DNA of 44,794 nucleotides from Candidatus Peribacteraceae bacterium (GCA_022843885.1 JALHMU010000002.1:1-44794); one strand, 5' to 3'. Shown: positions 1 through 10,531, numbered from the stretch's first letter. Translations and numbers: made by a program. Notes: generated from the letters alone by a model not told the origin.

Positions 1-40
1 TCTGGCTCGAATTAACCGCCACTAGAAGTGGTGCCGAACT

Positions 41-121
41 CAAATTGATTGACACCGAACCCAAATTAAATGACACCAGCGCAAATTAAGTGACACTAGC
101 GCAATTTAACTGACACCAGTG
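41..121. repeat. Four head-to-tail ~20-21 bp direct repeats (iteron-like), consensus CAAATTnAnnTGACACnnGnG
   Basis: Read directly: caaattgattgacaccgaac (41), caaattaaatgacaccagcg (62), caaattaagtgacactagcg (82), caatttaactgacaccagtg (102). The units are contiguous with no spacers. Confidence 0.85.
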
Positions 122-353
122 CTGGTGACCACGACAGAGTAAGGAAAACGAACGTTTCTTTGCCTTTTGCTGCACTCAGATCGCGATGTCCATAAAGTCA
201 CACTTTCAGAGTAAAGAAACTCGGTAAAGGTTTCATTTGCAAGATATACACTATATTTACAGCTTTTCTTACTTTTTAGAGACAATTCGGCAAATAAAGT
301 CTTGAAAATCTTGCCGGAACAGCGCCAAGTCCTCCCCTGCCTGAATTACAGGA

Positions 354-465
354 CATTGTCAGTTAATTTGAGTTGATTGTTACTGAAAGTGCGCTGGTGT
401 CAAATAATGTGAGTTCATTGGCAGTTAAAGTGGGTCCAGTGCACTTTATAGTGTCATTTATTGTG
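354..465. repeat. Three inverted copies of the 41-121 repeat unit
   Basis: cattgtcagttaatttg (354-370), cgctggtgtcaaataatgtg (392-411) and tatagtgtcatttattgtg (447-465) are reverse complements of the CAAATT..TGACAC unit. An AT-rich stretch (about 125-350) separates the direct and inverted sets. Confidence 0.7.
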
Positions 466-507
466 CGCTCAAATTTGCGATGATGTCACGCCTGAGCAAT
501 TACTATG

Positions 508-747
508 TCACGCCGCTACAGTTAGTAGTTCAACCGTAAATTTGTCGACCCGAAGGCCAACTAGTTCAGCAATTCTTGGTTGAGCAACACCCATTTGTTT
601 TGCCGCTTCACGTTGGCTCCAGTCTCGCTTTGAAATTTCAGCTTTAATAGCAAGGATTAGTTGAAGCCTCATGAGCAAAATCGCTGCATCCTGGTCGGCA
701 TAGCCGACCTCAGAAAGTTTCTGTTTGTAGACGTTAAGATCGTGCAC
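508..747 (-). CDS. XRE-family HTH protein (HigA/HTH_37-type antitoxin-like), possibly 3'-truncated
   Basis: 79 aa. WSQREAAKQMGVAQPRIAELVGLRVDKFTVELL is the classic XRE helix-turn-helix followed by the QPRI..L..G....F pattern. The ORF stops soon after the HTH, shorter than typical members. No partner toxin ORF is seen. Confidence 0.6.
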   Translation of the reverse strand: MHDLNVYKQKLSEVGYADQDAAILLMRLQLILAIKAEISKRDWSQREAAKQMGVAQPRIAELVGLRVDKFTVELLTVAA

Positions 748-793
748 TGAGCGCCCTTTGAGAGTTTGTGATTAAGCTGTGCTCTATACGTAA

Positions 794-2038
794 TTACGTA
801 TCAGCTGGAGGGGATCGTTCTGAACTTGAACCGATGTTTCGTCTAGGTCTCTTTAGCTTTTTGGGCTCGCAGCTCGCGAGTGCCTGAGGCGCAATTAGAT
901 TTGGAAATAGGGACAACTGAGTATCGGTGGCAAGGGTTTCTGAACAAGGCTGTAAATCTGATTGGTTAATGCCTGAGACAACTTCTTTCAGAACGGAAAT
1001 CGCCAAGTCTGGATAACTGTTGCAATCGCTGGTGATTACTTCGGTGCTGGTTTCTCCAGCAGTCTCAAGTGGCCGAATACTCTCTGCTGAATCGATAGAA
1101 GTATCGACTTCAGCTTCGACAACTGAGAGACACTCTGTTGCGACAGAAGTGTCTATATCGTCATGAGATATTTGTTCGACAAGGGCATCATCCGAAAACC
1201 AAACTAGTTCTGTTTCTTGATGCTCTGCATAATCAATTAATTGGGTAACTTCGAGCGCTTGATCACACTCATTGCTTGGTACTTCAACCGCTAACAACGA
1301 ACTGATTGGCTCGTTTGCAGCGTTATCTAAAGCAACCGATTCCAAGAGGTAGTTGTTGCTGATTAAGCAATCTGGTAGCTCAAAGCTAGTCACTGTTTCA
1401 AGATTTTTGTTCACCATGCAGTCGGTTTCTGCTTGTGCAATTGCTTCAGCTGATTGAGCTACCTGCTCAAAGTTCACAGCCGAGCGACTCAGGTCAGAAA
1501 GGAATAGTGACAGAGCCGAATCGAGGGTGATGTCATCGCGGCATAGTTTCACTTGCAGTTGTTCATTCAACCAAGCAAATCCTTTCTGCAGTGGCAAAAC
1601 GAGTGCAGTTTCGGAGGGATGAATAATCAGCGTGGTCAGTCCAATTTCAAAACCAAAATGATCAAGCAGATTACTCAGCAACTTATTTACGACGTCCGAA
1701 TTCACTTTCTCGGTGAAAGAAAGATATATATGGATGTCCTCGGAACCAGAGGCCCTGTAGGGTTTTGGGGCAAGCTTATGCTGCGTAAGCATGTCGATCA
1801 ATCGAGTTGCCTGATCGCTATCCGAATATACAGAAGTAGCCGGTATTGATATAACAGCAACGTTAGTAGTGTCATCAATCATGCAGGCTCTAAGATGTTG
1901 AGCACCGTCAGCAACAGATGCTGTTATTTCGTCGTCACTCAAATAATAGAAGTGACTCATCTGCCGCCATGTATCACTGTCGGCGCGCTTGAATAAGCTG
2001 CTTAAGCGAAGCGGAAATAGCTGCATAAATGCCTGCAA
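794..2038 (-). CDS. Degenerate paralogue of the prim-pol-like proteins at 23911-25539 and 33035-34642, with an acidic low-complexity C-terminal half
   Basis: Blocks FMQLFP, YLSDDEI, DIHIYLSF and LVLPLQKGFAWLN align with FLSLFP, HLTDDTI, GWHIYLAF and LRLPLQRGFAWLD of the 33035 paralogue. The DxD position reads ISIPATS and the RLPL Arg is Val. Confidence 0.5.
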   Translation of the reverse strand: MQAFMQLFPLRLSSLFKRADSDTWRQMSHFYYLSDDEITASVADGAQHLRACMIDDTTNVAVISIPATSVYSDSDQATRLIDMLTQHKLAPKPYRASGSEDIHIYLSFTEKVNSDVVNKLLSNLLDHFGFEIGLTTLIIHPSETALVLPLQKGFAWLNEQLQVKLCRDDITLDSALSLFLSDLSRSAVNFEQVAQSAEAIAQAETDCMVNKNLETVTSFELPDCLISNNYLLESVALDNAANEPISSLLAVEVPSNECDQALEVTQLIDYAEHQETELVWFSDDALVEQISHDDIDTSVATECLSVVEAEVDTSIDSAESIRPLETAGETSTEVITSDCNSYPDLAISVLKEVVSGINQSDLQPCSETLATDTQLSLFPNLIAPQALASCEPKKLKRPRRNIGSSSERSPPADT

Positions 2039-2535
2039 CTGGGCGGCTTCTGCACCAATAGTCGCAACAAGAGCACTGCCTTGCGCACCATATATGGAAC
2101 TAGTAATAATCTCGGGCTCGTTTCTAGTAGAAGTGGGATGGTCAGAAAAGTCAGCAAATTTGGACTTCGAATTCCTTATCCTCAGTTTTTTGTGCCGCTT
2201 TTTCCTTTTTACGGCACCACCTCTGGTGGTCTCGTGCAGCGATCCTAGGGCAAGTGAGCTGATTGATCAAGCCCTTTAAAGTGCAACCTGTGAGGTTTTT
2301 CGAACTTTGCTTAAGCTGAATATACAACAGATGGTTAATCAGCGCAACCAAATACTCCTAAAAAATATCATTCTGGTTGAGCAGTTTCAACTGTTTAATC
2401 AAATTCCCGAGAAAGAAACCCCTTGCGGCATTAAAGAGATGGCACCACAATTATTATCTGACACCACTGGCGAGGCACCAATTTTGCTTACGCTGACTAT
2501 GCAAAACTGTTTATCCGACGTTAAATATTCTGATT

Positions 2536-2720
2536 TTGATCAATCAGATCAAGCAAACCTGGCAATACTCACCGATACGATAGCCCCAGCATAGCCACCG
2601 TATATACAACCATAGGTGGTGCCTGATCAATCAACTAGTGTATGATCAAGCAAACTTCCTTATAATGATTTGGTCGTAGTAGAGAAAGGTTGGACTCAAA
2701 ATGGTTGATCAAGCAAACCT
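2536..2720. promoter_or_regulatory. Cluster of GATC-containing repeats: GATCAAGCAAAC(C/T)T x3 plus TGATCAATCA x2
   Basis: gatcaagcaaacct occurs at 2547-2560 and 2707-2720, and gatcaagcaaactt at 2644-2657. tgatcaatca occurs near 2537 and 2624. The last copy overlaps the start codon region of the 2701 gene. Confidence 0.6.
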
Positions 2721-3348
2721 GAATATGCAGGAGCTTTTCCAAAAGGATGGTTTGGGCGAACTGCCAAATACATCCACACCAGTAGGTGAGTGGATGTCGG
2801 TCCAGGACGCCTCAAACGCTACTCGCATGTCGATGGCAACACTTCGCCGCTACATGAAGGCCAAAAAGCTTAGACACCGAAAGCTTGGACGAAGTGTCAA
2901 CGCCAAAGTCGAAGTCTTCATCACTCCAGATTTCCTGCCTGATGAATCAGGAAACAGCGAAGCCCTCAATTTAGAAGATGTGGTCGACAACGCCGTCGAC
3001 GCGGAACAAATCGATGGCTATTTCGGCTTTGACGATAATGATCAAGCTGATCAAGCATCCGAATCAACCATTGCTTGGTTCAGACAAAAACTTGACGAAA
3101 AGGATGACCTAATCCGAGAGAAGGATGCCAAGATAGAGCAACTCTTAAAAGAGCTTGCCGGCGCCAGCCACCGCAACGGCTATCTTGAATCAGAAAAAGA
3201 GCACTTCACACAGCGCCTGCTGCTCCTGGAAGACCGCCAAAGTAAGGAAACCGTCCAACCAGTCGAAGCGCCCCCAATTGAACCAATCAAGCCCGAGCCA
3301 AAGGGCGGCTGGTCAAAGGTGGCTAGCTGGTTTGGCGGAAATAGCTGA
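2701..3348 (+). CDS. HTH (excisionase/MerR-like) + coiled-coil protein, module partner of the prim-pol-like gene
   Basis: 215 aa. WMSVQDASNATRMSMATLRRYMKAKKL looks like an HTH_17-type DNA-binding helix-turn-helix, followed by an acidic linker and then a heptad-like KLDEKDDLIREKDAKIEQLLKEL. It has the same architecture and local similarity as 35707..36525 (FRQKLDEKDDLI vs FMEKLEKKDQLI, with a Trp-containing C-terminal tail). It is divergently oriented from 794..2038. Confidence 0.6.
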   Translation: MVDQANLNMQELFQKDGLGELPNTSTPVGEWMSVQDASNATRMSMATLRRYMKAKKLRHRKLGRSVNAKVEVFITPDFLPDESGNSEALNLEDVVDNAVDAEQIDGYFGFDDNDQADQASESTIAWFRQKLDEKDDLIREKDAKIEQLLKELAGASHRNGYLESEKEHFTQRLLLLEDRQSKETVQPVEAPPIEPIKPEPKGGWSKVASWFGGNS

Positions 3349-3401
3349 GTGCTCAAATCAATCACTCTTCACTGTTAGCAGGAGGAGTCTGATATGAGCT
3401 T

Positions 3402-4328
3402 TTATGTGTCGTCTATTCCAATATCCAAATACGGATAACTAAGAATAAGGTCGATTACAGCCTGAATTGGTTGGACTACTGCTAAACCGGAATTTTCCAT
3501 TGTGTATATTAGTTCGCCCAAATTTGCGTCCTCTGTCAGTGTTCCGTTCTTTGTTTGATAAAGTGAAATAGGATCGCCAGCAAAGGAAATTTTAGACAGC
3601 TGATTCAAATGCGGTCGGTAAGCGGATACGAGGCCAATTAGCAACGGCTCTATCTGAGCGGGTATCCCCTCAACAGAAACCATTTCAGGTTTCACAACTA
3701 CTGGTCCGCCACTATTACCAGGAAAATTTGCTGTATCAATCAAAAATGTTGTGCTTTTAGTCTCGAAATAATCTCGAAGACGGGCAACAATTCCAGCACG
3801 TACGATTGGATAATGCACTCCCTTTGAATCATTTTCTGCGGTCGTAAGACCCAATGGATAACCCATCACAAAAACCGAATCACCTTCTGACAACTGAAGG
3901 TCCTTCAATTTAACAAAATTTGCGGCATCTTCGTCAGCTCGAAAGCAACTAAAGTTAATTGCTTGGCGAGCAAGGCGTTCCCAGCGAATGGGGGCAACCG
4001 CCACATCCACTGATGATTTTACTGGGTCGGCATCCCCTTCTAGATGGTAGTGAACTATATTTCTTCCCTTGTCGATCAGTGGGCATAGCAAATTGATTCC
4101 CGTTGTTCCGCTTTCTGGGTTAAACCCAAGAACCACTTCTGCTAGTCCACTCAAAACATGCCGGTTACTTACCAACCAAAGTTGATACGTCTTCGCACCA
4201 GATTCTGAATTCGTGCCACCATCGGGATAACCAAACAAAAAACCGCTACCATTCCACTGTACATCGGTATTTGCGGGAATACCCACAGCTACCACACAGT
4301 TGAAATATCGAGGAGGAATTAGAGCCAT
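3402..4328 (-). CDS. Trypsin-like (S1/chymotrypsin-fold, Trypsin_2-type) serine protease, apparently cytoplasmic
   Basis: 308 aa. Triad motifs appear in canonical order: LVSNRHVL (His), VDVAVAPI (Asp), FPGNSGGPVVV (Ser). No N-terminal signal peptide or TM segment is visible. Confidence 0.8.
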   Translation of the reverse strand: MALIPPRYFNCVVAVGIPANTDVQWNGSGFLFGYPDGGTNSESGAKTYQLWLVSNRHVLSGLAEVVLGFNPESGTTGINLLCPLIDKGRNIVHYHLEGDADPVKSSVDVAVAPIRWERLARQAINFSCFRADEDAANFVKLKDLQLSEGDSVFVMGYPLGLTTAENDSKGVHYPIVRAGIVARLRDYFETKSTTFLIDTANFPGNSGGPVVVKPEMVSVEGIPAQIEPLLIGLVSAYRPHLNQLSKISFAGDPISLYQTKNGTLTEDANLGELIYTMENSGLAVVQPIQAVIDLILSYPYLDIGIDDT

Positions 4329-4458
4329 GACTTACGCATTTTCCGCTAATCTCACAAGAGCCAGCTTATTCTTCAGCTACCAAACATCACAGGTAGTGCC
4401 CGATCTAAATTGTGTAACACCTAAAACGCGTGTTAGCAGTCCACAATGACTTGCGACA

Positions 4459-5601
4459 CTACCGGAAGCTAGATACATCAATGCCTTCCTGTTTCAATTG
4501 TCGCATTATAGCCTTTCTAACAGCCTTTGGGTCGTGCGTACCATAGCTTGCAGCAAGTTTGAGCGCCTGCTGGACCATGTGTTCGAAACCCGCATTAATG
4601 TATTCCTTATTGGTGTTAAGTGTCAGTTGGTCAGCATGTTCAATGGCTGAATCAACATGAATATTTGCTACGACATTCAACTTTTGTAATCGCTTTTCCA
4701 GCAACATTTGTAAGTGGACGTTAGTTTCAGCTTCCCAGCTAACAAAGTCATTTGAGACAGCAGGTAAACTTGCCCTCTCTTCACTAGCTTCGCCAGTCGT
4801 AGTGCAAACACTATATAAAGCAGATTCGATTTTCCTATTGATTGAGGAGAACCGCCCACTTATAGCAACGATTCCACCATATAAAATAAATTCCCAATAG
4901 ATAGAATTGTCTTCGCTTTGAATGAGCGCAACATGATGATCAAGTGCATCAAAAGCTTTTTCAACTACACTATTTTCCAGCCAGCCTATCGGCCCGTAGC
5001 TCCCCCCTTTCATAACAAAATCTCTGGCATCTAACAATAGGTCGCCAAGGCGATCATCGTTGTCGAAAGCGATTAGAGCAAGGTATTCTAAAGCTGTTTT
5101 GCAACCTGAGCGAAATGCGACTTCATTATTCAGTAAGAGCTCAAATTTTATTGGGGCCGCTGTGGTTTGTTGGTGAGTTACTGTAATTTTGGGATCAGAA
5201 ACACCGTTTTTTTTAGCCAAATTTTCGGCGATGGAGTGTGCCATCTCCAGGTGAGAAACATCACCTTTCCATGTACTGGGACCAATAGAAGTAAACGGTA
5301 CTACTGGTCTTCCACCAGGTTTTAGATGCCAAGTTTCCCCACGGGAATCAACTACATTTGCAAGGGTTGCTGCGGATTTACGCCGACTTGGAGGATTTAC
5401 TAAACTTGTTACCCATTCAAGACTTTCTGCAAATTCTTGGTCGATGGTTCTGCCCAAATAATTATTACAGTCGGCGCATATCAACGTAGTGGAAGTCTTC
5501 TTTCCACCGAAAGCTTTCTGGACTATGTCCTCCCTCGAAGTCTTATCAGTATTTGTACGATGGTACAAACAGACAAATGCCCGACCATTTGGTTTAGTCA
5601 T
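4459..5601 (-). CDS. HNH_5-like (Abi-type) protein with degenerate HNH motif
   Basis: 380 aa. SREDIVQKAFGGKKTSTTLICADCNNYLGRTIDQEFAESL follows the HNH_5 layout (EHIIP..LGG....C..CN..LG..iD). The His is Asp here and the first CxxC reads CLYH. It is a distant paralogue of 16557..17759. Confidence 0.45.
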   Translation of the reverse strand: MTKPNGRAFVCLYHRTNTDKTSREDIVQKAFGGKKTSTTLICADCNNYLGRTIDQEFAESLEWVTSLVNPPSRRKSAATLANVVDSRGETWHLKPGGRPVVPFTSIGPSTWKGDVSHLEMAHSIAENLAKKNGVSDPKITVTHQQTTAAPIKFELLLNNEVAFRSGCKTALEYLALIAFDNDDRLGDLLLDARDFVMKGGSYGPIGWLENSVVEKAFDALDHHVALIQSEDNSIYWEFILYGGIVAISGRFSSINRKIESALYSVCTTTGEASEERASLPAVSNDFVSWEAETNVHLQMLLEKRLQKLNVVANIHVDSAIEHADQLTLNTNKEYINAGFEHMVQQALKLAASYGTHDPKAVRKAIMRQLKQEGIDVSSFR

Positions 5602-5680
5602 CTAGAATTTTCCTTTTCGCTAACACATGACTCTAAGCTAGCCGATTCGCCCGGACAACTTTACATCCCAGAAAGGGAGT

Positions 5681-5702
5681 AAACAAAATAGGTATTTTGT
5701 TT
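5681..5702. promoter_or_regulatory. Perfect 10-bp inverted repeat AAACAAAATA-gg-TATTTTGTTT in a divergent intergenic region
   Basis: Read directly. It lies between the 4459..5601 (-) and 5846..6349 (+) genes. It could be an operator or a weak bidirectional hairpin. Confidence 0.4.
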
Positions 5703-5845
5703 ATAAAGCTATCGCCCTGCACCTTTTGACTCAGGGTTATACCTTAACTATCAATTTAACAAACTCCAAAAGATTTTCTTCAAAGGGGTAAGAATCTTGC
5801 CGCTCATGTCTCAAATAGGCAAATACACCATTTGAGGAAAACCGA

Positions 5846-6349
5846 ATGAACACTTTTATGACCCAATTTGAGCAGTCCGACAAACCTGACCATTCTTCAA
5901 GTGCGATCGTGAAGAAAACAGTTTATCTGTCATATCTTGCACTAGCTCTAACTATCGGCTGGATCGGTCTTCTGAAATTTACAGCTGCTGAAGCAGAAGG
6001 AATCGCACCGTTTGTGTCAAATAGCCCTTTTGTTGGATGGACATATGCCGTAATGAGTCATCAAGCGCTATCTAATATTCTTGGCTCGGTTGAGATAGTA
6101 GTTGCCTCTCTCATCACTATGCGTTTTGTAAGTCCCAAGCTATCAGCTCTCGGTGGTTTGCTGGCTACCGGCATGTTTTTAACGACACTCTCGTTCATAT
6201 TTTCCACGCCCGGTGCAATAAGCGGTGTCATATTCGGTGTCGTTCCGGAATTGTCTGTTCCAGGTCAGTTTTTGCTCAAAGACACAGTATTACTGGGTGT
6301 AGCGCTTCAAATACTGACCGAATCAATCGCCGCTATCAGAAACAAGTAG
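5846..6349 (+). CDS. DUF417 / YkgB(RclC)-like inner-membrane protein
   Basis: 167 aa with about 4 hydrophobic segments. IGLLKFTAAEAEGIAPFVSNSPFVGW matches the DUF417 signature as I recall it (GllKFt.yEa.gI.p.v..SP). Confidence 0.55.
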   Translation: MNTFMTQFEQSDKPDHSSSAIVKKTVYLSYLALALTIGWIGLLKFTAAEAEGIAPFVSNSPFVGWTYAVMSHQALSNILGSVEIVVASLITMRFVSPKLSALGGLLATGMFLTTLSFIFSTPGAISGVIFGVVPELSVPGQFLLKDTVLLGVALQILTESIAAIRNK

Positions 6350-6376
6350 ACAACCTCGCATTGAAAATAGACTTTT

Positions 6377-7750
6377 ATGGATACAGAAATGCAAACTAAC
6401 AGTAAACCAAAAATCCTCATATTAGGCGGGGGCTTCGGGGGACTTTATGCCGCGCTTGAATTTGAAAAGCACCTTAAAGACCACGACGATATTGAAGTAA
6501 CGATAGTCAATCGAGACAACTATTTCCTTTTTACCCCGATGCTGCATGAGGTTGCAGCCAGCGATCTGGATTTGACTAATATTGTAATTCCCGGTCGCAA
6601 GCTGCTTAAGAAGGTGCAGTATTTTACGGGTGACGTCGTCAAAATTGATTGCGATAGAAGAACGGTTCTTGTATCACACGGCTTTGCTGACCATGCTCAC
6701 GAAATGTCATATGACCATCTGGTTCTGGCATTGGGCTCCATCACCAATTTCTTTAACTTGCCGGGATTGCAGGAAAGAGCTTTGACTATGAAAACATTGG
6801 GTGATGCGATAAAGCTTCGCAACCTAGTTATTCAGCATTTGGAGGAAGCAGCGAATGAATGCGCCGAGTTTGAGAGGGAGCCATTGCTTACATTCGTTGT
6901 AGCAGGGGCCGGCTTTGCAGGCGTTGAGACTGTTGCTGGCATAAACGATTTCCTCAGAGACGCTTTGCCTTTCTATCCGACCTTGAACGAAAACATGCTT
7001 CGCGTGGTGCTTGTTCATCCGGGCGACTACATACTGCCCGAACTAGGACCGGAACTCGGTCAATATGCAGGCGATAAATTGCGCGATCGCAAAGTTGAAA
7101 TAAAGCCTGGTTGCCGCGTTGATTCGGTGGAAAATACTCGTATATGTATCTCTGACGGGACTGAGATCAACTGCAATACCTTGATTTGGACTGCTGGATC
7201 ATCTCCTGATCCTACAATTGATTTTATACCTGCTGGTAAGGAGCGGGGACTGGTTAAGGTGAATGAGTTTCTCGAGGTATCTGATTGCAATGGTATTTGG
7301 GCTCTCGGTGACTGTGCTGCCGTGCCTGACCTCACAACAGGGAAACTATGCCCACCGACCGCACAACATGCCTCAAGACAGGGCACTGTCTTGGCTAAAA
7401 ACATAATAGCGACGATTCAAAAGAAACAAAAGACTGCTTTCAAGTTTGCGACTATAGGTCTCCTTGCAGCAATCGGCAAAAGAACTGGAGTCGCACAGAT
7501 TATGGGTTTCAAATTCTCCGGATTCATAGCATGGTTCATGTGGCGAAGTATTTACTTGCTTAAACTGCCCACTATACAGAAGAAGGTGAGAGTCGCTTGG
7601 GACTGGACACTTAACCTCATTTTTGAAAAAGACTTTGTGCAGTATTCACTGCAACGTTCCCCAGTTATATCGAATCATTCCTTTGAGTTTGACAAAGTCA
7701 TTCGCGACAACTGCTCAAATGACCTGCCGGAGGTGCAAAGTGAGACTTGA
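6377..7750 (+). CDS. ndh: Type II NADH:quinone oxidoreductase (NDH-2), FAD-dependent pyridine nucleotide-disulfide oxidoreductase
   Basis: 457 aa. It has the Rossmann motifs KILILGGGFGGLYAA and TFVVAGAGFAGVE, IWALGDCAAV near the C-terminal third, and an amphipathic C-terminus. Confidence 0.85.
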   Translation: MDTEMQTNSKPKILILGGGFGGLYAALEFEKHLKDHDDIEVTIVNRDNYFLFTPMLHEVAASDLDLTNIVIPGRKLLKKVQYFTGDVVKIDCDRRTVLVSHGFADHAHEMSYDHLVLALGSITNFFNLPGLQERALTMKTLGDAIKLRNLVIQHLEEAANECAEFEREPLLTFVVAGAGFAGVETVAGINDFLRDALPFYPTLNENMLRVVLVHPGDYILPELGPELGQYAGDKLRDRKVEIKPGCRVDSVENTRICISDGTEINCNTLIWTAGSSPDPTIDFIPAGKERGLVKVNEFLEVSDCNGIWALGDCAAVPDLTTGKLCPPTAQHASRQGTVLAKNIIATIQKKQKTAFKFATIGLLAAIGKRTGVAQIMGFKFSGFIAWFMWRSIYLLKLPTIQKKVRVAWDWTLNLIFEKDFVQYSLQRSPVISNHSFEFDKVIRDNCSNDLPEVQSET

Positions 7751-7960
7751 AAAAACATCGGATTTTGCGCATGGGCACAATCAACGCTTGAAAAGTTGTG
7801 AGGACTTTTGGAATCGTTCGTCGTGTCTAGTAGAAAAAGACCCATACATTCTTCATCCGCGCCATGTATTCTATTTACGGCATTTCAAGAAATGTCACCG
7901 TTGCCGCGAAGGATTCAGGTTTCTTGGCATAATCTTGAAATCTACTGGAGGCTGACCGTT

Positions 7961-9241
<1,281 letters not shown>

Positions 9242-9529
9242 TCAGGGATCGCAATCCCGCCATCAGTGGAATGATTGTATGGACACCTGGTTTCACTTGA
9301 CATGCGTTCCCCGGCTAATGGCTAATCGCGCCCACACAGTGTACAGACTGCTCCATTTTCTTACATACCTACGCGACACGGAAGTCGCTCATGCATTGCT
9401 CGGCTGTTCGGAACATTCAACAAGAACAAGCCGATAATTGTATCGGATGAGCAATGGTTATGAGAAAGCCCATGAACGATTGGTTCGTTTGCTAACATCC
9501 TATCGTGTGGTTTCTGCTCTTTTGGCAGC

Positions 9530-10447
9530 GTGAGAGCGTATGATACGGGGAAATCTGCTGGATTCTGGCATGCTAGCATCCTGTATACGCTGAACTTTGC
9601 TGAAAGTCGGCAGCTGCCATTGATCTCGCCCAGTCCCCAGAGTTTAATGTATCGTAAAGTATCAAACCTACCTTCTCTAAGCGAATCAATCATAGACAGG
9701 ATCTTTGTGGTTCGATTGTGCCCTGAATGTGCTCGTAATCAGGGTTTTGCCCGCAGCTTACTGCACGATCCAGCGATCCAGGATTGGATGCTTGTCGACT
9801 TCTTTAAGGTTTGCGATCTTTACATTTTGTCCGACAGTCCGGGGTCCACGCTGGCGTCCGTCGCCGCGGCTGTCCGATGTCGCGAGGAAAACTGTCACTG
9901 CGGTACCTGGCGCCTCCTAGGGGAAGACGCTATCCTCAATCTGTTACGAGCTGTGATCGACTACAAGTTCATTGCCGTTCCAGAGGTGAAGCGTTCTGTG
10001 AGCCGGTTGCCGCGAAACCGCGCTCTCGGGCTAGACCTGCTGCTGAGCTTTGCTTTGCGCACCGCGGCAACCGGCGCCTACCGCAGGACAGACGTTGAAG
10101 ATATTCTAAAGAATTTTAGAGACCTAGAACACCGAACAATCGTGTTGGAAGCATTTGAGAATATCCTTGAGCAATTTGAACCGCTGCTCAGACTGCAGGT
10201 CGAGAAGCATTCAAGGAACACCCGGGAGGGTGCTCTAGAGAGCGTGCATGAATTTGGCAGAGAGCTTATCATGCGGATCCTCGAGCCCGCGTTCCACGTC
10301 CCGGCAAACCAAGGTAGTTCGTTGTTGGTTCGCGAGCAAATGGACTATGTGATGAGGATCTTTTCATCTCGTGAGCAAAGCGGAGAAAAGGTAAAAACAC
10401 GAAAGGTGCGGTTTCTAACAGCCGAGAACAAGGTGACACAGGGCTGA
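9530..10447 (+). CDS. Hypothetical protein (uncertain gene model)
   Basis: 305-aa ORF in a GC-rich stretch with several overlapping alternative ORFs. I recognise no motif, and the start is uncertain. Confidence 0.3.
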   Translation: MRAYDTGKSAGFWHASILYTLNFAESRQLPLISPSPQSLMYRKVSNLPSLSESIIDRIFVVRLCPECARNQGFARSLLHDPAIQDWMLVDFFKVCDLYILSDSPGSTLASVAAAVRCREENCHCGTWRLLGEDAILNLLRAVIDYKFIAVPEVKRSVSRLPRNRALGLDLLLSFALRTAATGAYRRTDVEDILKNFRDLEHRTIVLEAFENILEQFEPLLRLQVEKHSRNTREGALESVHEFGRELIMRILEPAFHVPANQGSSLLVREQMDYVMRIFSSREQSGEKVKTRKVRFLTAENKVTQG

Positions 10448-10531
10448 TTGGGCGCGAAGAATTGAATCTTCCACTAGTGATATACTCCAATTCAGACGAA
10501 TATGCGGCATTAGTAGGACAGGGAGTTTGGC

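Noticed and set aside
41-121. Possible CRISPR array
   Set aside because: The units are only ~20 bp, directly abutting with no spacers and with degenerate copies. Inverted copies lie 230 bp away. This is iteron-like, not CRISPR-like, and there are no cas genes in the window.
748-793. A HigB/RelE-type toxin partner for the XRE antitoxin-like gene
   Set aside because: There is no room and no ORF on either side. The gene is flanked by the prim-pol-like gene stop and the inverted iterons.
1989-2594. ORFs 1989..2279, 2151..2351 and 2307..2594 in the module A spacer
   Set aside because: They are short and mutually overlapping, lack an RBS, and their sequence is dominated by the GATC repeat motif. 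I treat the spacer as regulatory or non-coding.
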